Source: Gemmatimonadota bacterium
GTDB lineage: Bacteria; Gemmatimonadota; Gemmatimonadetes; Gemmatimonadales; GWC2-71-9
Length of the DNA stretch: 64,000 nt
Direction: 5' to 3'
Assembly (NCBI GenBank): GCA_039586365.1
Contig: JBDHKN010000018.1
Coordinates: 1 to 64,000 of the forward strand
Within the stretch, counting starts at the first letter, position 1; every line of letters begins with the position of its first letter. Positions 1 through 10,183 of the stretch are shown piece after piece. The position numbers and the translations under genes were made by a program. The notes under the pieces were generated by a model, which ran no database searches, was not told the DNA's origin, and saw nothing but the letters and a program-made list of their open reading frames with translations.

Positions 1-32
1 CGGCAGACAGACGGAGCGGCAGTGACCGTCGC

Positions 33-302
33 GTGATGCTGCTGGATAGACGACGGAGGATCTCTGAGCCCTATGCATTGCAGCATGCGGAGTTGATCCG
101 CGAGATGCTACTGAATCCAGACACCGTCGCGGCGTGTCCTCGCTGTGATGGCAGTCTTCTGTTGGGTCCACTCGTATCCCGCGGGGGCAGTAACTCCCGG
201 GAGGTGCGCTGCACCTGTTGTCGTCACTGTGTGGTGATCAGTCACCTCCCGGCCGAACTGGTCAACGATGGAGAGCCTACCGCGGGATCTTCGCCGAAAT
301 AA
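33..302 (+). CDS. Small putative zinc-ribbon protein
   Basis: 89-aa ORF with CPRC and CTCC Cys pairs; overlaps the 3' end of the convergent gene by 26 nt. Confidence 0.5.
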   Translation: MMLLDRRRRISEPYALQHAELIREMLLNPDTVAACPRCDGSLLLGPLVSRGGSNSREVRCTCCRHCVVISHLPAELVNDGEPTAGSSPK

Positions 303-3300
303 AATCGGGCAATCCCAGTTGCTGCAGCAATTGCCGGAAGCCCGGTGCGTCGGTACCCATCAGGGTTCGGAACAACTCGCGGTATTCAGCTAGTCGGTGC
401 TGGAACTCCTGGTGCACTTCGACCTGCTGAGTCGTGGGCCTGAAATCTGAGCCATTCGTGCCCAGGTCGCTGGCAAGTGCACTGAGACGGCCGTAGAGCT
501 TCATCGGTGCGCGAAATGCGTCTTCGCGGGCTCCGGTCAGGTTCACGTCGAACAGATTGCCCTCGACTGCGATCGCCTTCGCTTCGAGTTCCTCCGCGGC
601 TTCGACGACACGGGTGACGCTCGTATCGCTCCGGTATCGCTCCTGTACGTCGTCGAGCTGTTTCCTCAGCCATTCGATATCGTCAATCATGTCCACGATC
701 TCGTTCAATTCGTCCCGCATCTCCAAAGAGAGTGCCACCTGGGCACGGATGTCCTGTTCCGTGCCAGTGGAGTACGGGTCCTTGAGCACGGTCAGAGGCT
801 GGGCCAACTCTCGCTCGCCGACCGTGAGTCTCACGGTGTAAGTTCCGGGCGGGGCCAGTGGTCCTCGTTGCCCACCATTGAGATCGAGGTCCCAGGTGCG
901 CAGTGGTCGCCAGTCATCGTCATTGAACTCCACGTGGTCCTTGCCCGGCGGTTGTGTACGCAGTTTGGCCCGACGGGAGTCTTCATACCGCAGGTTCCAC
1001 CAAACTCGGTTTATGCCAGTTCGCTTCGGTGCCTCTAGGGTGCGGATCACCGCGCCGTCGACGTCGAGGATTTCGAGCTTGCTCTCGCCTTGCAGAGTAC
1101 TGTCTGCCCAGTAGTTGATGGCGGCGCCGTAGGGGGGATTTCTCCCCTGGTTCAGGCCGTTGGCTTCGGCGCGAGCGTACGATATCTCTTGGAAGCGATA
1201 GGCGGGCCTCGGGGTAAAGAGATGGACGCCCGCTGCGAGCACCTCGGGCGTCAAGTTCCGCAACGGTGTTATGTCGTCGAGGATGTAGAATCCCCGCCCG
1301 TACGTTCCCACAACGAGATCGTTGAAGTGATCCTGCACTGCGAGGCCGTACATGGGTGCCGGTGGCAATCCGGCCTGCAGTTGAGTCCAGTGCGCTCCAT
1401 CGTCCAGGGAGACATACACCGCGTTGTCGGTGCCGACGTAGAGCATGCCCTGTCGCACTGGGTCCTCGATTATTTGGTGTGCGAAACTCAGCATCGACTT
1501 GGGAATACCATTGCTGATCTTCCTCCAGCTATTGCCATATTCGGTCGCCTTGTACACGTGGGGGTCGAAGTCCCCCATCTGGTGCAGGTCGACAGTGATG
1601 TATGCCGCACCTGCCTCGAACCGCGACGCCTCGATGTTCGCGATCGTGCCCCAGGGCGGCAGGTCCGGAATCCCGGCGGTAACGTTGGTCCATGTCACCC
1701 CGGCGTCCCGTGTGATCTGTACTTGCCCGTCGTTGGTCCCCACCCAGATCACACCTTGCTCGAGTGGCGACTCATTGATCGCGAATATGAGCGAGCCGTC
1801 GAACGTCATCAGGTTGTCGATGGCGATGCCGCCGGAATTTTGCTGATGGTCCTTTAGGTTCAACGTCAGGTCCGGACTGATCTCGGTCCAGCTGTGACCG
1901 CCGTCAGTGGTTTGGGAGACATATTGACTTCCGATGTATACGCGATTGTGGTCGTGCGGCGAGATGTGAAAGGCGAAGTTCCAATGCCAGCGGTACTTGA
2001 GTTCCAACGGTGGCCAGCCATAAGCTGCTTCCGGCCACCTCCGCACGTTCCGCTTCTGCATATTGCGCCCATCCCACCGCTCGAGGCCGCCATCGTAACA
2101 GCCGGACCAGACGATGTTGTTGTCGACCGGATCCGGAGTGGCAAAGCCACTCTCACACCCGCCAACCGAAATCCACAGCCCCAGCGGTATGCTCCCCCCA
2201 CTGCGACTGTTACTCGGCCCACGATACGAGTACCCGTCCTGACGGTTGCCGTAAACGTTGTAGGGGATCTGATTGTCGACCGCGACGTGGTACATCTGGG
2301 CGATGGGCGGCACGACCTGTTTGACTGTCCGACCGCGGTTCATAGTCATGGCGACACCGAGGTCATGAGCGACCATGTAGCGGTCGGCGTTCAGCGGATC
2401 GATCCACATGTCGTGGTTGTCTCCGCCAGCCCGTGGTGGACGCTCGACCAGCGACTCGCCACCGTCGACAGACATGGAGAACCGGACGCACAGGAAGTAG
2501 ATCTGGTTCTCGTTGTCTGGGGATACAGCTATCCGCGTGTAGTAAGGAGCCCGCTCGGCGATGGTGTGGTTCTGGTTCACCAACCGCCAGCTCCGGCCCG
2601 CATTGTCGGACCTGTAGAGTCCTGGCGAGGAGTCTTCGGCCAGCACGTACACTCGATCTGAGTTGCTTGGTGCCACGGCGACGGCAACCTTGCCGACCGG
2701 ATGCTCAGGCCCACCGGGCAGTCCACCGCGGAGCCGGCTCCAGCTGGTGCCACCGTCGGCGGACTTGAACACGCCACTGCCGGGGCCACCACTGTTGAGT
2801 CCCCAGGTGTTGATGTACACCTGCCACATTGCCGCATAGAGCACACGGGGATTGTTTGGGTCTATCGCCAGGTCGCTACAGCCGGTGTTATCGTCGACCT
2901 GCAGCACCTGCTCCCATGACCGGCCGCCGTCGGTGGTGCGGTAGACGCCGCGCTCTTCCTGGGGCCCGTGGGTGTGGCCAAGTGCGCACGCGAATGCGAC
3001 GTCCGGATCCCGAGGATCCACTACCATACGGCCAATCCGCGCGGTGCGGCGCAGGCCTACGTTGGTCCAGGTCTGGCCTGCGTCAGTCGACCTGTAAACG
3101 CCGTTACCCAGCGAGTGCGCCGGGCGAATCACGAAAGTCTCGCCGGTTCCCACCCAGATCACGTTGGGATCGGACGGCGCTATGGCGATCGATCCGATAG
3201 ACGAAACCGGCTGGTCATCAAAGATGGGATTCCAGGTGATACCTCCATCACTGGTCTTCCACAGGCCGCCAGATGCCGCGCCGATATAACCAACGAGTGG

Positions 3301-3489
3301 ATCTCCTGGGACACCGGCGACTGCGATAGCTCGATTGCCGTCTGGTCCGATGAAGCGGTAGCTGAGTTGGGCCAGGTGGCCCGGGTCGAGCTCCTGTGCA
3401 GCAGCGCGTCGAGCCATGCTGAGTGACGCGGTGAGGACCCAGGCCATAACCACGATCACTGAGGCGAGATATCGAACGGATGTCTTCAC
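277..3489 (-). CDS. Secreted VPS10/sortilin-like BNR (Asp-box) repeat beta-propeller protein, glycosyl-hydrolase-like
   Basis: Signal peptide; repeated SxDGGxTW Asp-boxes; DNHDMWIDP motif; C-terminal helical region. Confidence 0.88.
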   Translation of the reverse strand: MKTSVRYLASVIVVMAWVLTASLSMARRAAAQELDPGHLAQLSYRFIGPDGNRAIAVAGVPGDPLVGYIGAASGGLWKTSDGGITWNPIFDDQPVSSIGSIAIAPSDPNVIWVGTGETFVIRPAHSLGNGVYRSTDAGQTWTNVGLRRTARIGRMVVDPRDPDVAFACALGHTHGPQEERGVYRTTDGGRSWEQVLQVDDNTGCSDLAIDPNNPRVLYAAMWQVYINTWGLNSGGPGSGVFKSADGGTSWSRLRGGLPGGPEHPVGKVAVAVAPSNSDRVYVLAEDSSPGLYRSDNAGRSWRLVNQNHTIAERAPYYTRIAVSPDNENQIYFLCVRFSMSVDGGESLVERPPRAGGDNHDMWIDPLNADRYMVAHDLGVAMTMNRGRTVKQVVPPIAQMYHVAVDNQIPYNVYGNRQDGYSYRGPSNSRSGGSIPLGLWISVGGCESGFATPDPVDNNIVWSGCYDGGLERWDGRNMQKRNVRRWPEAAYGWPPLELKYRWHWNFAFHISPHDHNRVYIGSQYVSQTTDGGHSWTEISPDLTLNLKDHQQNSGGIAIDNLMTFDGSLIFAINESPLEQGVIWVGTNDGQVQITRDAGVTWTNVTAGIPDLPPWGTIANIEASRFEAGAAYITVDLHQMGDFDPHVYKATEYGNSWRKISNGIPKSMLSFAHQIIEDPVRQGMLYVGTDNAVYVSLDDGAHWTQLQAGLPPAPMYGLAVQDHFNDLVVGTYGRGFYILDDITPLRNLTPEVLAAGVHLFTPRPAYRFQEISYARAEANGLNQGRNPPYGAAINYWADSTLQGESKLEILDVDGAVIRTLEAPKRTGINRVWWNLRYEDSRRAKLRTQPPGKDHVEFNDDDWRPLRTWDLDLNGGQRGPLAPPGTYTVRLTVGERELAQPLTVLKDPYSTGTEQDIRAQVALSLEMRDELNEIVDMIDDIEWLRKQLDDVQERYRSDTSVTRVVEAAEELEAKAIAVEGNLFDVNLTGAREDAFRAPMKLYGRLSALASDLGTNGSDFRPTTQQVEVHQEFQHRLAEYRELFRTLMGTDAPGFRQLLQQLGLPDFISAKIPR

Positions 3490-3796
3490 TGGAGGCAGCT
3501 CCTATGGCGTTGAGCCGACAATATTAGCGGGACGTTGCGGCTTGTGCGAACTGTACGGCGTGAGCTGAATCGGAGGACTCCTGATTGCAGATGATCGCGC
3601 TGGTGTCTTGTACCTGTGGTCCCGATGAGCACGAGCCAATGGCCCGATCCGCTCGTTACCCGGTTCCGCATCACGCTTGGCATAGGGCCCGGTGCCAGGG
3701 TGCTGCTACCCCTCGCGATTCCCGTGCTGACGATCCATCTTAGTCTGGATCCTCCTCAGCGATGACAATACAGAATCACCACAACGAGAGGCGACC

Positions 3797-6094
3797 ATGG
3801 TTCGTTTGATTGCCGCACTTGCGTTCCTGGTATCAGGAGCGTCAGGACTGATTGCCCAACAGATCCCTCAGCCGGCGCAGTATTTCGGCTTCGAGATCGG
3901 GGCCGACCGCCAGATGGCAGACTGGGACCAGCTCACTGGCTGGTACGAGCTTCTCGCCACCATGAGCCCTCGCGTAACTGTCGACACCCTGGGGGAAACC
4001 ACATTGGGGCTCCCGTTCGTGATGCTGACCGTCACGAGCCCGGAAAACCATGCACGTCTGAGTGAGCTGCGAAACATACAGCTCAAGTTGGCCGACCCGC
4101 GTCTGATATCCGGGCCCAGTGAGCTCAGTGGGTTGCTGGATCGGGGCAAGACAGTCGTGCTGGTCACGCACGGCATTCATGCCACCGAGGTGGGCGGTCC
4201 TCAGACGGCAGCGAGATTGCTCTACAAGATGGCCACATCCAACGATGAAAAGGTGAGCGAGATCTTGGACAACGTCATCTTCCTCGATATCCCATCACTC
4301 AATCCGGACGGCCTCCGGATGATCGTTGACTGGTACCGTCAGTTGGTGGGGACAGAATACGAAGCCGCGTCGCTGCCGACCCTGTACCACCACTATGTAG
4401 GTCACGACAACAACCGGGATTGGTACGCGTTCACTCAGGTGGAGACCCAGTTGACGATAACCAAGGCCCACAACGCGTGGCACCCGCAGATCGTTCACGA
4501 CTTACACCAGACCGGTAGCAATGGAGCCCGCATCGTCTTTCCACCGTTCATTGACCCCTGGGAGCCCAACATCGACCCGCTCTTGACGGGCGGAGTGAAT
4601 CAACTTGGCTCCTACATGGCGGCTGAATTGCTGTCACAGGGCAAGCGAGGGGTCGTCATTAATGCGGTGTACGATGCGTTCACACCGGCACGCGCCTACC
4701 AGCATTACCACGGCGGCGTGCGAATCCTGAGCGAGACTGCATCTATCCGCATCGCCACTCCGATCACGATAGAGCCGGACCAGCTGTCAGGTAGACGCGG
4801 GTATTCCGCATCGGAGCGGGCCTGGAACTTTCCCGCAGTCTGGCCCGGAGGGGAATGGCATCTTTCAGACATAGTGGACTACATGGAGGCGGGCGTGCTG
4901 GCTCTGCTCAGCAACGCAGCCAGAAACCGCCGGTATTGGCTGGAGAATTTCTACCAGATCAACAAGAACGCGGTGGACAAGTGGCCCGAATGGCCGGCGG
5001 CGTGGGTGATTCCTGCCGGACAAGCCAACACGACCGGCGTAGCTGCTGTGGTTCGGATTCTTGCACTGGGCGACGTCGAGGTGCACCAAGCGCAGAGCGC
5101 ATTCACCGTGGCTGGGCGGCGCTTTGACTCCGGTGCTTATGTGATCCCGATGAATCAACCTTACGCTTCGTTTGCCAACACGATGCTGTCGCGCCAGGAG
5201 TATCCCGACCTACGGCTTTTCCCCGGCGGACCTCCCAGGCCTCCGTATGACGTCACGGCTCACACGCTTCCCTTACTGATGGGTATGGAAGCCATCGCTG
5301 TTCACGAGCCGGTGCAGGTAGCACTGTCCGAGCCGATTGCTGCTCCTGCAGTCGCGTATGAGACACCAGCAGGCCTATCCGGCCGACGGGCTGCTCGGAT
5401 CGCTGTGTACAAGTCTTGGCGCGAGCCCATGCCTGAGGGTTGGACGCGCTGGGTCTTGGACCAACATGCAATCGCTTATGACACCCTGCACGATGGTGAT
5501 ATCCGAAACGGTGCACTCGACCAGTACGATGTCTTGCTGTTCGAGGATCAATCTGCCAACCAGATCGTTAGCGGATTCTCGGCCAGCCAGATGCCGAGTG
5601 AGTACGCCGGTGGTCTCGGCGCCTCAGGTGTCAACGCAGTCAAGGACTTCGTGCGGGCCGGTGGGCGCGTTGTCACGGTGGGCGATGCCACCGACTTCGC
5701 CATCGAGACTTTCGAGATCGGCGCCAAGAGTGCGGTTGCTGGGCTCCCTTCCGAGGAGTTCTTCATTCCGGGCTCGATCTTGCGGCTCAGGGTCGCAGCG
5801 GGGAACAGCATAACAGAGGGCGTGCCCGGCGAGAACGCTGCCTGGTACTGGGGAACCAGTCGAGCGTTCGATGTGGACGATCCGGCAATCGACGTGCTCG
5901 CGAGGTATTGGTCCGGTAACCCGCTCCTATCCGGTTGGGCCTTGGGTCACGAGTACGTTGCGGGCAAGCCCGCCTTGCTGGAGACGAAAGTCGGTGAGGG
6001 CTCGGTGGTGCTGTTTGGATTCCCCCCGAATTACCGGGGCCAGACGATCGCAACTTGGCCGCTCCTGTTCAATGCGCTGACCTATCGGAAGTGA
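3797..6094 (+). CDS. M14-family zinc carboxypeptidase with C-terminal glutamine-amidotransferase-like domain
   Basis: Signal peptide; IHATE (HxxE), NPDG, DNNRD and DLHQ motifs; RBS GAGAGG. Confidence 0.88.
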   Translation: MVRLIAALAFLVSGASGLIAQQIPQPAQYFGFEIGADRQMADWDQLTGWYELLATMSPRVTVDTLGETTLGLPFVMLTVTSPENHARLSELRNIQLKLADPRLISGPSELSGLLDRGKTVVLVTHGIHATEVGGPQTAARLLYKMATSNDEKVSEILDNVIFLDIPSLNPDGLRMIVDWYRQLVGTEYEAASLPTLYHHYVGHDNNRDWYAFTQVETQLTITKAHNAWHPQIVHDLHQTGSNGARIVFPPFIDPWEPNIDPLLTGGVNQLGSYMAAELLSQGKRGVVINAVYDAFTPARAYQHYHGGVRILSETASIRIATPITIEPDQLSGRRGYSASERAWNFPAVWPGGEWHLSDIVDYMEAGVLALLSNAARNRRYWLENFYQINKNAVDKWPEWPAAWVIPAGQANTTGVAAVVRILALGDVEVHQAQSAFTVAGRRFDSGAYVIPMNQPYASFANTMLSRQEYPDLRLFPGGPPRPPYDVTAHTLPLLMGMEAIAVHEPVQVALSEPIAAPAVAYETPAGLSGRRAARIAVYKSWREPMPEGWTRWVLDQHAIAYDTLHDGDIRNGALDQYDVLLFEDQSANQIVSGFSASQMPSEYAGGLGASGVNAVKDFVRAGGRVVTVGDATDFAIETFEIGAKSAVAGLPSEEFFIPGSILRLRVAAGNSITEGVPGENAAWYWGTSRAFDVDDPAIDVLARYWSGNPLLSGWALGHEYVAGKPALLETKVGEGSVVLFGFPPNYRGQTIATWPLLFNALTYRK

Positions 6095-6105
6095 AGCGGC
6101 TGCTA

Positions 6106-6142
6106 GCTAACAGCTGTCGGCAGATAGCTGACAGCTGTTAGC
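6106..6142. repeat. Intergenic inverted repeat (13-bp arms) built from GCTRAYA-type heptamers
   Basis: GCTAACAGCTGTC ... GACAGCTGTTAGC just after the M14 stop. Confidence 0.7.
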
Positions 6143-6173
6143 CATCGAGTTGCTACGTGAGTAGAAGGGGCGA

Positions 6174-6512
6174 ATGTCGAACCAGATACGTGATCTCGCT
6201 GCAGCTGGTGTCTTGGATGAGGCATTGCAGGCTGATGTGGCGATCCTGTACAAGCACAGTCCGTTCTGTCCGACTTCGCGCAGAGCGATGGAAGAGGTGC
6301 GCTATTTCAGCGAACACAATCCTGAGGTTCCGGTCTATATGGTCAACGTGGTGAGAGATCGTGCCCTATCTCGGCAGCTGGCAGAGAACCTTGGAGTCCT
6401 GCATCAGTCACCCCAGGCAATCCTCCTACGGGTCGGTAGTCCTCAGGAGCATGTGTCACACCACAAAGTCAAAGCAGGAATCCTGGAGAAGTGGCTGACT
6501 GAAACTGAGTGA
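6174..6512 (+). CDS. ytxJ: YtxJ/BrxC-family monothiol thioredoxin-like protein (DUF2847)
   Basis: KHSxxCPTS and HQSPQ motifs; 112 aa. Confidence 0.8.
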   Translation: MSNQIRDLAAAGVLDEALQADVAILYKHSPFCPTSRRAMEEVRYFSEHNPEVPVYMVNVVRDRALSRQLAENLGVLHQSPQAILLRVGSPQEHVSHHKVKAGILEKWLTETE

Positions 6513-6559
6513 TCCTCAGTCTCGCTTGGCTAGCGCAACCAGCTCTGTTGCCCCCGTGT

Positions 6560-8734
6560 CTACTGACCCTCTCCCGGTTTGTAGGCTCTCGCCGCGTGCT
6601 GCTCAACATCTCGCACGGTCAGCCAGGCAGGTTTGAAATCGCCCACCGCATAGCGCGGTGCTTGGTCGAAATAGTGCGGTGATTCGGGGTCGGCACTGGA
6701 GCCGAACGTGTGGAGTGAGCGGGCGGTGACTTCCGATCCGAATTCAACTACAGCCACGTAGCTGTTGCCGTGTGTTCCGTAGCGCCGGCGCTGACCGTCT
6801 GCCGGGACGGCGTTGAATGTGAACATGGCCCCCGCCCAGCCCGGGACCCCGGCAACCGGAATGCTGGGGCGATCATCGCTGAAAGGTTCGCTCCCGCTCG
6901 TGTGAGGACGCTGTAGCCGGTTCAATTCGCCCCATGCAACACGCCAGGTGCCCCAGTCATCGTCGAGTCTCGCAGTCGCTCGTTCCAGCGCTACCATGTT
7001 GGCCCAAGGGATGTTTGACCCAGACTGTCTGAGTACGCGTCGTTGTTCGCCCCAGGCGACGTACAGTGTCATCGCTTCCGATTCGATGGTACTCACCCGG
7101 TCCCAGCGGCGCAGCAGAGTTACCGCATCCGTCAGGTCGGCTGCACGTGGCAAGTCTTGGCCACTCAATCGGCGCCACTCAGCCACCAAGTCGGCAATGT
7201 CCACTTGGGCTTCGCCCACATGCGTGCTATAGGCTGACCGTGCCCACTCGTCGAAGGTGAACTTGTCCTGTGCCTCGAGAATTCGGCGCGCTTCCTTGTG
7301 GCGAGGGTTGTCCCCTTCCCGCACCATGTAGTTGGGGAAATCGTCCGGATCGGGATTGCCTGAGCTAGTCAACATGAAGGGCGTACCGTTGCAGTTCTGG
7401 AGCCAGCCAGTTGCAGGATTCAGCAATTGGGGAAGCTCCTCCAACGGGTGATAGCCCTGCCACTCGGTCGCGGGATCACTACCGTCGACGGGCTCGGTCC
7501 AGTCGAACTCCTCAGATCGGCGTGGCATCGCCGCGTTATAGACGTAGAAGATGTTGCCATCCCCATCGGCATACAGGATGTTGCCGAACAGCATGTCCAA
7601 ATTCGAAACAGCAGCGGTGAATTCGTTCAGAGTAGTGGACTTGGTCATGGCATACCACTGGGCGAGCCAACCAGGTTCCTCGAACTTGGACATCTTTACG
7701 GCTAGAGGTAGGTCGTTGCGGAGTGCCACCACAGGACCGTGGTGTGTGCTACGAAACGTGGCTGTCCGCTGCTCGACTCCGCCGTCGGTGCTGACCTTCA
7801 GTGTGTCCACCCACTCGATCGCATTGCGGTGATCGGCTCCGTAGCGATATGCGAGGGGCTGCTCCGGGTCATCAAAGACCACGGTGTAGGCGTCCTGTTG
7901 ATCGGCGGCGTTATCGGTGCTCATCCAGCCCAGTCGCTCATTGAAACCGATGTAGGGAAGGGGGAAGCCAAACCGCGTGTAGCCGCTGAAGTTCCAGCCT
8001 TCCTCGCTCATTACGTGACCCTCATAGACCTGTGACGCACCAAAGAATGGGAGATGCGGATTGATGAGCAGCATTGTGTTGCCGGTGGCGCTCTTCGCAG
8101 GACCGATCGCCCACGAGTTCGATCCTACCTCGGAGCGCGGCACTTCTTGCGGGATGAGCGAAGCTAGTTCAGGGAACTCCTGGCCAATGGATTGCTCCAA
8201 CGCCGCAACGAATTCCTGTCGTCGTATCCGCGTTGCTCCGAGAAACCCCCTCTGGTAGTAAACGTATCTGATGAAAGCCAGCGAATACCAAGGCTCGAAG
8301 TGATCGATTAGTCGTGTCTCGACCGCCGGATTGCGCAGCAGGTAATAGTTGAGTCCGTCCGCAAAGCCATCTAACAACGCGCGCAAGCTCGGATCGGCGA
8401 GATCGTACTCTTCCTGGGACAACCTGGTAATTCCCAGTGCCCGGTTGATCCAGTCGTCCAGCAGGGCCGCCTCTCCGTGTACCTCGGCAGCCCGACCGAT
8501 GGCGCGGATGAAGTTGTCTTCGATTTGCCAGAAGTTGTCCTCCGCCTGCGCATAGGCGAAACCGAAAGCCGCACTGGCGTCGGTCCCACCGACTACATGC
8601 GGGGCGCCGAAGTCATCGCGATGGATAGTCACTGTGGACGCCATCCGTTCAAGCCTGGCGGACTCACCACCTAGAATACATGCCGAGGCTACCACTGGGG
8701 TGACGAGTGTCAGGAGACAAACGCGCTGCTTCAT
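6560..8734 (-). CDS. Penicillin acylase-family Ntn hydrolase (peptidase S45)
   Basis: GSNSWAIG cleavage/nucleophile site, NPHL, HHGPV, QNCN; start moved to ATG 8734 after RBS GGGAGA. Confidence 0.9.
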   Translation of the reverse strand: MKQRVCLLTLVTPVVASACILGGESARLERMASTVTIHRDDFGAPHVVGGTDASAAFGFAYAQAEDNFWQIEDNFIRAIGRAAEVHGEAALLDDWINRALGITRLSQEEYDLADPSLRALLDGFADGLNYYLLRNPAVETRLIDHFEPWYSLAFIRYVYYQRGFLGATRIRRQEFVAALEQSIGQEFPELASLIPQEVPRSEVGSNSWAIGPAKSATGNTMLLINPHLPFFGASQVYEGHVMSEEGWNFSGYTRFGFPLPYIGFNERLGWMSTDNAADQQDAYTVVFDDPEQPLAYRYGADHRNAIEWVDTLKVSTDGGVEQRTATFRSTHHGPVVALRNDLPLAVKMSKFEEPGWLAQWYAMTKSTTLNEFTAAVSNLDMLFGNILYADGDGNIFYVYNAAMPRRSEEFDWTEPVDGSDPATEWQGYHPLEELPQLLNPATGWLQNCNGTPFMLTSSGNPDPDDFPNYMVREGDNPRHKEARRILEAQDKFTFDEWARSAYSTHVGEAQVDIADLVAEWRRLSGQDLPRAADLTDAVTLLRRWDRVSTIESEAMTLYVAWGEQRRVLRQSGSNIPWANMVALERATARLDDDWGTWRVAWGELNRLQRPHTSGSEPFSDDRPSIPVAGVPGWAGAMFTFNAVPADGQRRRYGTHGNSYVAVVEFGSEVTARSLHTFGSSADPESPHYFDQAPRYAVGDFKPAWLTVRDVEQHAARAYKPGEGQ

Positions 8735-8950
8735 ATCTGTTCTCCCACGAGAGAGATGGTATTGGCTGCGTAAGCGTATTGGTAGGCCGACGTTACGAAG
8801 GCGACCAAGACAGGCGATAACGTATCGCTCCGGCGGAGAGGTGACAATGGTGCCCGCGGGTGTGTCGAGTCGACTTGGATCACGGTGAGTCGAGAGAGTG
8901 ACTGTCGTCGCCCTCGCCACAAATCGGTTGTCACTCCATCTTAGTTGTCC

Positions 8951-10099
8951 ATGAGCGCCGCAAGAGTCATGCGAGAGAGCCGCAGTAGTGGGACGCGACC
9001 CGGGCGGCTCGTCTCACTCGATGCCTTCCGTGGGATCACCATCATTGGCATGATCCTGGTGAACAATCCAGGAAGCTGGAGTCACGTGTACCCACCACTG
9101 CTGCACGCTGAATGGCATGGTTGGACACCAACCGATCTGATCTTCTCCTTCTTCTTGTTTATCGTGGGCGTTGCCATGAGCTTCTCTGTGGTGGCGCGAC
9201 TGGAACGCGGTGAAGATCGAGGTCGGGTATTCCGCAAAGTCATCAAGCGGAGTCTAATCATCATCGCGCTGGGCCTGTTTCTGAGCGCGTTCCCCAACTT
9301 CGATCTGAGCACCATGCGGTTCCCCGGTGTGCTGCAGCGGATTGGCGTCGTCTACTTTCTTGCATCAATTGTCGTGTTGAATACCGGAGGTCGGGGACAG
9401 CTCGTGGTGGCAGGTTCGTTGCTCGCTGTCTATTGGGCTCTGATGGAACTAGTACCGGTCCCTGGTATCGGTGCCGGAGATCTGTCGGCGGATGGTAACT
9501 TGGCAGCCTACGTCGACCGGTTGGTGTTTGGCAGCCACATCTGGCGGGAGAATTGGGATCCGGAAGGGATTCTCAGCACGGTGCCGGCTGTCTCCACCAC
9601 GCTACTTGGCGTGCTGACCGGACGGTGGTTGAGGTCCCAACGGGAAAGAGTGGAGCTGGCTGGTTGGATGTTCGTGCTTGGTTGGCTTGGCATCCTGGTG
9701 GGCGTGACCTGGGGCTCGGTCTTCCCGATCAATAAGAACCTGTGGACGAGTTCCTATGTGGTGTTCACCGCGGGTGCCGCCCTTCACTTCCTGGCAGTCT
9801 GCTATTGGCTGATCGATGTGAAAGGGTGGCACAAGTGGGCCACGCCGGCAGTAGTGTTCGGCATGAACGCCATTGCGGTGTTTGTCTTGTCCGGCCTGGT
9901 GGTGAAGGTGCTCTTGTGGATTCGGGTGCCAGTCGCGGCAGGCGGCGATGTATCGCTCTACAGCTGGATTTACCAGCATCTATTTGTGCCGTGGGCTGGG
10001 TCTTTGAACGGGTCACTCGCCTTTGCGCTGACCAACATCTTGCTGTGGTTCGGAGTCATGTACGTGCTGTACCGAAGGAAGATCTTCATCAAGATATAG
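8951..10099 (+). CDS. HGSNAT/NagX-like membrane acyltransferase
   Basis: RLVSLDAFRG, MILVNNPG, HAEWHG, GVLQRI, DPEG and PINKNLWTSS motifs; multiple TM helices. Confidence 0.88.
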   Translation: MSAARVMRESRSSGTRPGRLVSLDAFRGITIIGMILVNNPGSWSHVYPPLLHAEWHGWTPTDLIFSFFLFIVGVAMSFSVVARLERGEDRGRVFRKVIKRSLIIIALGLFLSAFPNFDLSTMRFPGVLQRIGVVYFLASIVVLNTGGRGQLVVAGSLLAVYWALMELVPVPGIGAGDLSADGNLAAYVDRLVFGSHIWRENWDPEGILSTVPAVSTTLLGVLTGRWLRSQRERVELAGWMFVLGWLGILVGVTWGSVFPINKNLWTSSYVVFTAGAALHFLAVCYWLIDVKGWHKWATPAVVFGMNAIAVFVLSGLVVKVLLWIRVPVAAGGDVSLYSWIYQHLFVPWAGSLNGSLAFALTNILLWFGVMYVLYRRKIFIKI

Positions 10100-10183
10100 A
10101 GTTCCGAGCGGTGGGTCCTTCCACCGGGTGGTTGCTTCTGCGACCTTTGTGTCTCAACGAACCGTGTCGTCGGAGGAGATGAG

